DNA of 32,000 nucleotides from Candidatus Heimdallarchaeota archaeon (GTDB lineage: Archaea > Asgardarchaeota > Heimdallarchaeia > JABLTI01): positions 1-32,000 of the forward strand of contig JAUWKS010000035.1 in the NCBI GenBank assembly GCA_030614005.1, written 5' to 3'. Below are positions 25,893 through 32,000 of the stretch, piece after piece. The notes beneath the pieces were generated by a model. The model worked only from the letters and a program-made list of their open reading frames with translations, was not told where the DNA came from and ran no database searches. The position numbers were made by a program, and so were the translations under genes. The stretch's first letter is position 1. Every line of letters starts with the position of its first letter.

Positions 25893-28589
25893 ATGGGTGT
25901 TCAAAGAATGAATGAAAAAAAGAGCAAGAAAGTAGATATTCTGATAATAGATGATGATGAAAGTTTTTCTAAATCGCTTTCATTTACTCTGAGAAAAAAA
26001 GGGTACAATGTGGAATTCGCCTTTACTTTTGATGAGGCTCTCGAAAAAGCAAATGAAAATCATTACAACATTGCTTTAGTGGATATTAAATTACAAGACA
26101 AGAGCGGTGTTGAATTAGTAGATTATTTGAAAGAAATTGATCCTGAAATAGCAATAATGATGATTACAGGGCATGCATCGGTGTCAACTGCAATAGAATC
26201 AGTTAATCTCGAAATATCAGCTTATTTCACAAAACCGGTAGATATGAATGTACTCCTAAAAACAATTAGTGAAGCTTTGGAAAAGCAAGAATTGCTAATT
26301 AGAAATAAGGAATTAATCATACAAGTGCAAAAAGAACTTGAAGAACGTAAACTAGCAGAAGAGAAATACCGGATGTTAGTTGAAACATCACCAAATGCTA
26401 TTTTATTGTTAGATATCGAAGGGAAAATCATTTTTGTTAATAAACAATTTTTAGCTGTGAGAGGTTACGAAAATGATGATGAAATTATTGGGCACAGTAT
26501 AGCAGATTTTTCTCACAGGGATCAAAATAAACTTACTAAAATTATTAATGAATTATTATCTAATAAAGAAACTAAACGAGAACATGAAATTACTTTATTT
26601 AAAAAAGATGGAACTACCTTTCAAGCAGAATGCACTACTTCCGTTGTATTGAATCAACAAGGTGAACCTGTGTTCTTTACTGCAATTCAAAAAGACGTTA
26701 CTGAAAGAAAGAAACAAGAGAAGGAATTAGCACTCAGAAACCAAATTAGTCATCTCTTTGCTACAATACCCGATAAAGAAATCTACAGTGAAATATTGAA
26801 TGCCGTTTTAAAAGCTATGAGTAGCAAAAAAGGTATTTTTGGTTATATTAATCCAAAAGGAGATTTAATCTGTCCCTCAATAGCAGGAGAAATTTGGGAT
26901 GAATGTCAAATTCCTGAAAAGTCGATAGTCTTCCCTCGGAAATCTTGGGGAGATAATCTTTGGACTAGAGCTCTTACAGATAGAGAAGTAGTTTATTCGA
27001 ATGAACAACCAACAAAACTCCCAAAGGGGCATATACCAATAGAACGACATCTTCCTGCTCCAATTGTTTATCAAGGAGAGACAATTGGTCTACTTTACAT
27101 TGCTAACAAGGAATCTAATTACACAAATGATGACATTCTTCTAATGAAAATGATTACAAAACACATTGCCCCAATACTATCTTCAAAACTACAGACGAAT
27201 ATTGAAGAGGATCAACGAAAGAAAGCCGAGTGGGAACGAGAAGATGCAATTAAAGATTTGGAAAAAATGTTTCAGTATTCACCTGCATTTCAATTTACAA
27301 CAAGCCTGGATGGTTATTTCAAACGGATAAATCCTATTTTCTGCAAAACTTTTGGTTATTCGGAAAGTGAATTGTTAGCTTCATCATTTATTGATTATGT
27401 TCATCCTGATGATCTTGAGGATTCTTTACCAAATATTGGAACACTGAGAAGCGGGTTAAAAACAATCAAGTTCATAAATCGTTTCCGCTGCAAAAATGGT
27501 GATTATAGATGGATTGAATGTATTTCAAATCCAATAGTTAGCGATGATAACATTTTCTCTATTGCTCAAGATATAACTGCTCGAAAGAAAGCAGAGGAAG
27601 AGATCGAAGAAAGTGAATTAAGATATCGAACTATTTTCAAAGCAGCATTTGATTCAATAATGATAATTAAGGATGATAAATTTGTTGATTGTAATGATGT
27701 ACTTGTTGAAAAGTATGGATTTAAGAATAAGGATGAGTTTCTAGGTCTATCTCCTTGGGATATATCACCCCCACTACAACCAGATGGCACATCATCAAAA
27801 GAAAAAGGAATGGCGTTATTGGAAGCTACATTAGCAGGTGTACCTCAACAATTTTACTGGGTCCATGAATTTAAAGGTAGAACACCATTTGAGGTTAACG
27901 TTTCATTGAGTAGCTTTGAAATGCATGGGGAGAAATATATTTTAGCTATGTGGTTTGATTTAACAGAAAGCAAAAAGGCAGCATTAGATTTAAAACATTC
28001 AGAGGAATTATATCGAACTGTTTTTGACACTACTGGTACAGCAATGTTACTTACTGAAAATCGAAAAGTAGTTGTTTGTAATAAGAGATTCTTTGAGCTA
28101 TTTGGATATACACGAGAGGAAATTGAAGGAGAGGTTTGGACAAAATGGATTTTTGAATCTGACCATGAAAAAATGTTAGCAATATATTCTAACTATCAGA
28201 AGAATCCAAATCTTTTTCCAATGGAAACTGAATTTAGAATTATTCGAAATGATGGAGAAATTAGAACTGTTTTTGCAATTATTGATCTTATTCCTGGAAC
28301 AGTAAGAACTGTAGCTTCTATACAAGATATTACCACGAAAAAGAATCTTGAAGAAGTTAGAAGTCAAGTATATGAACAGCTTGAAAGAAATATGGAACAA
28401 TTCGCGATACTAGTTGATAGCATACGTAATCCTCTAGCAGTCATTGTAGGTTTTGCTGATATTTATCCTGAAGATGTTACTGATAAAATCATTAAGCAGG
28501 TCAAGTTAGTTGATGATATTATTTCAGAACTTGATTTGCGATTCCTAGAGTCAGAAAACGTTCGGAATTTCTTAAAAAAACACACATAA
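25893..28589 (+). CDS. REC-PAS-GAF-PAS-PAS-PAS protein ending in a degenerate HisKA-like helix, without an ATPase domain
   Basis: Receiver ILIIDDD...ALVDIKL...MITG...FTKP. C-terminal LVDSIRNPLAVIVG has Asp where the H-box His is expected, and the protein stops about 40 aa later. ATG 25908 is an alternative start. Confidence 0.9.
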   Translation: MGVQRMNEKKSKKVDILIIDDDESFSKSLSFTLRKKGYNVEFAFTFDEALEKANENHYNIALVDIKLQDKSGVELVDYLKEIDPEIAIMMITGHASVSTAIESVNLEISAYFTKPVDMNVLLKTISEALEKQELLIRNKELIIQVQKELEERKLAEEKYRMLVETSPNAILLLDIEGKIIFVNKQFLAVRGYENDDEIIGHSIADFSHRDQNKLTKIINELLSNKETKREHEITLFKKDGTTFQAECTTSVVLNQQGEPVFFTAIQKDVTERKKQEKELALRNQISHLFATIPDKEIYSEILNAVLKAMSSKKGIFGYINPKGDLICPSIAGEIWDECQIPEKSIVFPRKSWGDNLWTRALTDREVVYSNEQPTKLPKGHIPIERHLPAPIVYQGETIGLLYIANKESNYTNDDILLMKMITKHIAPILSSKLQTNIEEDQRKKAEWEREDAIKDLEKMFQYSPAFQFTTSLDGYFKRINPIFCKTFGYSESELLASSFIDYVHPDDLEDSLPNIGTLRSGLKTIKFINRFRCKNGDYRWIECISNPIVSDDNIFSIAQDITARKKAEEEIEESELRYRTIFKAAFDSIMIIKDDKFVDCNDVLVEKYGFKNKDEFLGLSPWDISPPLQPDGTSSKEKGMALLEATLAGVPQQFYWVHEFKGRTPFEVNVSLSSFEMHGEKYILAMWFDLTESKKAALDLKHSEELYRTVFDTTGTAMLLTENRKVVVCNKRFFELFGYTREEIEGEVWTKWIFESDHEKMLAIYSNYQKNPNLFPMETEFRIIRNDGEIRTVFAIIDLIPGTVRTVASIQDITTKKNLEEVRSQVYEQLERNMEQFAILVDSIRNPLAVIVGFADIYPEDVTDKIIKQVKLVDDIISELDLRFLESENVRNFLKKHT

Positions 28590-28635
28590 TTGGGAAAAAA
28601 AAAGAAAAAAATAGGCTTGAAAAATACAAGCCATA

Positions 28636-29970
28636 TTAGTTATTTGGTACAAAAATATCGTAGATGTATACTAATAAGTCGATTTCGAAATCACCTATCT
28701 GAATAAAGAGGTGTCCTCCAATAATATCTACGTATAATTGATTCTTAAGAAAATATTCATCATTGAAACGTATGGCTTGTTCGATATTATTGTCTGAGAA
28801 TGAAACAGTTTCTTCTTTGAATCCCAATGGATCGAGTTCAATAGGTGCCGAAGACCAATTAAGATCTAATGGTGTTATTGGTATCATAGTATCCGCAGGG
28901 AAATTCCAAGTACCTGCTAACGGAATGAAGAGGTTTGCACCATCTGCATCATTATAAGTTAGATTGCCATAGAATCCTGTAAGGTTAATTTCAATATCCA
29001 TTGGATTGGTTATTGTAATAACCGTATCTACTTGATAACTAACAGTTGTAGGTAGACCACTGATATCTAAAGAAATCATTTCTACTTCAACCGATAGAAG
29101 ATCTGTTTGTGCTCCTTCAAATTCAATCGTAAAGTAGTCTTTGCCTATCTCTAAATTATCTAATTCATCTATTGTAATTGTATAGTTAACCCACAATGTG
29201 GTGTTAAACGAGCTTATATAATCACCAATTATATTTGCCAAGTCAGTTTTAGGACCATCTAACCAAGTGTCTAATTGAAGATAATTGGTTCCAGTCTGTA
29301 TAAGGAAATTATTTTTAGTAATATTTCCAATATGACTCATATTAAAATTCTTTAAATCTGAATAAAGTGATGAGATTTCCACCTCTACTGGACTTGGATT
29401 ATAAATCTTAGCGACTATTTCAAGAAGGATTGCGTCATCTTCAACATCCACTAACTCAAATGATTGTAAACTGAAATCAAGATCACCAAGACCATTCATT
29501 TCCAAAGACTTGGATATTGTTTTTTGTCCCAAAGCTGCTAGAGCTCCTTCAAACTCTATCACAATATCGATATCAACGGCTATTGTTTTATGATTTGAAA
29601 AATCATCAACGAAATCTGCAAATGCGACTTCATCAGTTATATTTAAAGTGAAATCTGTGGTATGATTTGCTTGTTGAGTTGAGAAAGAAGATGTTAATAC
29701 AGTCCCTTCTCCTAAAACATGATCGCTATAACTAACATTGAGTGTAACTATTATGAACGTAGCATCTACTACTGTTGGTTCACTAATTGTGAAATTAACA
29801 GTTCCTGCAAGGCTACCATCCGTTAAATCATTTATAACGAAGGCATCAATGGTGACTTCAGTATTGTCTATTCGGTTTTGAGAATAGAAATAGACACCTA
29901 AGAAGATAGATGGTACCGCAATAACAACTATCGAACCAATAACTATCAGAATAATATATATTTTTTTCAT
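28636..29970 (-). CDS. Membrane-anchored protein with tandem LEA_2/WHy (DUF3712-like) beta domains
   Basis: The ORF track labels this +, but the protein MKKIYIILIVIG... reads from CAT at 29968-29970 on the reverse strand to TAA at 28638-28636. It has an N-terminal signal anchor and repeated [IV]xNP motifs (IYNPSPVEVEISSL, ITNPMDIEINLTGF). Confidence 0.7.
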   Translation of the reverse strand: MKKIYIILIVIGSIVVIAVPSIFLGVYFYSQNRIDNTEVTIDAFVINDLTDGSLAGTVNFTISEPTVVDATFIIVTLNVSYSDHVLGEGTVLTSSFSTQQANHTTDFTLNITDEVAFADFVDDFSNHKTIAVDIDIVIEFEGALAALGQKTISKSLEMNGLGDLDFSLQSFELVDVEDDAILLEIVAKIYNPSPVEVEISSLYSDLKNFNMSHIGNITKNNFLIQTGTNYLQLDTWLDGPKTDLANIIGDYISSFNTTLWVNYTITIDELDNLEIGKDYFTIEFEGAQTDLLSVEVEMISLDISGLPTTVSYQVDTVITITNPMDIEINLTGFYGNLTYNDADGANLFIPLAGTWNFPADTMIPITPLDLNWSSAPIELDPLGFKEETVSFSDNNIEQAIRFNDEYFLKNQLYVDIIGGHLFIQIGDFEIDLLVYIYDIFVPNN

Positions 29971-30290
29971 GAATTTATTTTATTGATATAATTTAAAAAG
30001 TCTATTTTTGTGGCAGATATGTGACTGATTGTCTTTAAGAAAAGTTTGAACGTATTATCTCCATAACAATTTGCATAGTTGCGTCCTAACCCCTTCTTCT
30101 GGTGATAGTTTTTATTATCATTTAAAGAATTACAGAATCAGTATTTTAGAAATGTCCTCAAGTAGGATACTTTTTGCCCATACTGCTAATTTAAAATATC
30201 AATATCATCAATATTTTACTCCAAGAAGAACCCATATCATAATTTTAACTATTCTATGATATAAGTTAACTTGGAGTGAGATAATTTAAA

Positions 30291-32000
30291 ATGCAAATAT
30301 CTAAAATATTGTTGATTGATAATGATAATAAAGTCAAAAGAATTTTATTAGAAAAACTAAGAAATTCAATTGAAGATTTAGATATTTATTTACTTAAAAA
30401 GAAGAAAGATTTAGATGTAATTATAAAAAAAATGAATGCTAAAATCGTTTTAGTTAATTGTGATTTGAAGTGGGCCGATTCTTTTAAATTGCTTAAAGAA
30501 CTTGGTGAAAATTACCCATTTATTGGCAAGATTGTTTTCAGCACTAAAAACGTCAACATAATGGTTAAGGGACAAGAGAATATTGCTGATGGAATTATTA
30601 ACAATATAGATGATAAAGTGTTAGAACAATTGCATTTTGCTTTAGGATGTGCGTACAATAGAGCTTTTGAACGTCAAGAATTAGATTTCACAAGAAGAGA
30701 GTATCAGCAATTGTTAGATAACGTCCCAATAGGAATATATCAAACCGATTATAAAGGGACGATACTGTCCTGTAATAAGATGTTTGCTCAAATTTTGGGC
30801 TATGAACATGAAAAAGAGCTTGTAAATACTCAAATCCAAGACTATCTTTTGAAAAAGGGTACTCGTTTAGAGAGTCTTTCAGCTTTTATTTCAGGAACAC
30901 CATTCGCTAGTGGTAAAAAACAATTGATAAGAAAAGATAGCAAAATTATTTGGGTTGAATTAAATACTAAAGCGACCTTTACTGAAGATAATATATTACT
31001 TAGATTGAATGGAAGTATCAAAGATATTACTGATGAAATGTCGTTGAAAGAAGAGATCAAAAAAAGTCACAATTTGATGGACTTGTATATGGATTCAGCT
31101 GATTCTTACTTTGTTATTGTAAATAAGGACGAAACTGTCGCATTAGTTAATACAAAACTGGCGAAATTTTTTGGTTATACAGCAAATGAAATGATTGGAA
31201 TAAACTGGATTGACTTAATAAGAAACAAAGAACGAAGGGAAAAAACTAGAGAAAAATTTAAAGCTACTTTTTATGATGATGTTCAAGAACTGAATATTGG
31301 AGAAGTAGAAATTAAAGGAGAAGATGGAATCACAAAATATTTCACTTGGAAAAATACAATCATAAAAAATGATAAAGGAGAAAAAGAAGCTCTTATTAGT
31401 GCAGGAACAGATATTACTGAAAGAATAAAAATGGAAAAACTCTTGCGTGAAAATGAAGAAAAATACCGAAAATTATTTGAAACTTCACCCAATGCAATTC
31501 TTTATACTGACCTTAATGGTGATATTCTTGTTGTGAATCAGCAGTTTTTAAGGATGCATGGTTTTGATAACAGTGATGAAATCATTGGTAAGAATATTAG
31601 TTCTCTAATATCTGATTTGAAGCTCAAAAAGGTTTTTAATCGTATTGATGTACGACAGCTTATCGGAGATTCTGGTAAAAAAGAACATCTTTTGATAAGA
31701 AAAAATGGTTCAACATTTCCTGCTGATGTTACTAGCTCCTTTGTTTTAAATGATCTCGGAGAACCAATCGGTGTAATTGTAATAGCACGTGATATTTCCG
31801 ACAAAAAGCACTTTCAAAAAGCACTTGAAAATTCCGAAAGATTGTACAGAACGATTTTCGAAAATACTGGAACAAATATGCTAGTTGTCGATTCAAATTT
31901 TAGAATTGTTCTTTGTAATTCACTTTTTGAAAAGTTTGTTGGAATTACAAAAGATGAGATTATAGACACTAGTTGGAAATCTCTTATACATCCTAATGAT
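30291..32000 (+). CDS. Atypical receiver + multi-PAS protein (5' part, runs off the window end)
   Basis: Not in the ORF track. ATG 30291: MQISKILLIDND...IVLVNCDLKW...IVFST, then PAS repeats (LLDNVPIGIYQTD, LFETSPNAILYTD, IFENTGTNMLVVD...WKSLIHPND). The last PAS motif ends in frame at 32000. Confidence 0.85.
   Translation, partial: MQISKILLIDNDNKVKRILLEKLRNSIEDLDIYLLKKKKDLDVIIKKMNAKIVLVNCDLKWADSFKLLKELGENYPFIGKIVFSTKNVNIMVKGQENIADGIINNIDDKVLEQLHFALGCAYNRAFERQELDFTRREYQQLLDNVPIGIYQTDYKGTILSCNKMFAQILGYEHEKELVNTQIQDYLLKKGTRLESLSAFISGTPFASGKKQLIRKDSKIIWVELNTKATFTEDNILLRLNGSIKDITDEMSLKEEIKKSHNLMDLYMDSADSYFVIVNKDETVALVNTKLAKFFGYTANEMIGINWIDLIRNKERREKTREKFKATFYDDVQELNIGEVEIKGEDGITKYFTWKNTIIKNDKGEKEALISAGTDITERIKMEKLLRENEEKYRKLFETSPNAILYTDLNGDILVVNQQFLRMHGFDNSDEIIGKNISSLISDLKLKKVFNRIDVRQLIGDSGKKEHLLIRKNGSTFPADVTSSFVLNDLGEPIGVIVIARDISDKKHFQKALENSERLYRTIFENTGTNMLVVDSNFRIVLCNSLFEKFVGITKDEIIDTSWKSLIHPND

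Noticed and set aside
550-31804. Short antisense or out-of-frame ORFs in the track (e.g. 550-753, 3141-3356, 4189-4440, 8848-9138, 13181-13600, 14884-15393, 18359-18601, 24224-24493, 28763-28957, 30842-31804)
   Set aside because: They overlap longer, motif-bearing genes or the structured RNA and carry no recognisable domain, so they are shadow ORFs.

Overview
AT-rich archaeal window, most consistent with an Asgard archaeon (Heimdallarchaeia-like). This is inferred from gene content: TPR-longin proteins, a uDENN-like protein, a 7TM membrane protein, many REC/PAS proteins, TATA/BRE promoters and GGTGA/GAGGTG-type ribosome-binding sites with TTG starts. Left third: a partial secreted LVIVD-like gene, a uDENN-like and 7TM gene pair, an Lnt-like N-acyltransferase and TetR sharing a visible operator, an ArsR with a C-terminal four-Cys motif next to a membrane protein, and a CopG/RHH regulator. 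The best candidate for an undescribed system is a ~240-nt multi-hairpin RNA (8772-9009). It has a 10-bp closing stem, a GCAA tetraloop, G-U pairs and its own TATA-like promoter, and lies directly in front of a DIP1984/DUF6847-like helical protein. Middle: a segmental duplication of a 438-aa TPR gene, a surface FG-GAP/Ca-repeat protein with a cytoplasmic longin-like domain, a REC-PAS-GAF gene whose receiver domain has no standard start codon, and a TPR-longin gene split by one in-frame TAG. Right third: a two-component cluster with only one complete histidine kinase, plus a tandem LEA_2-like membrane-anchored protein that lies on the minus strand (the ORF track labels it +). No rRNA, tRNA, CRISPR array or transposase was recognised. 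All family calls are by-eye motif recognition, not database results.
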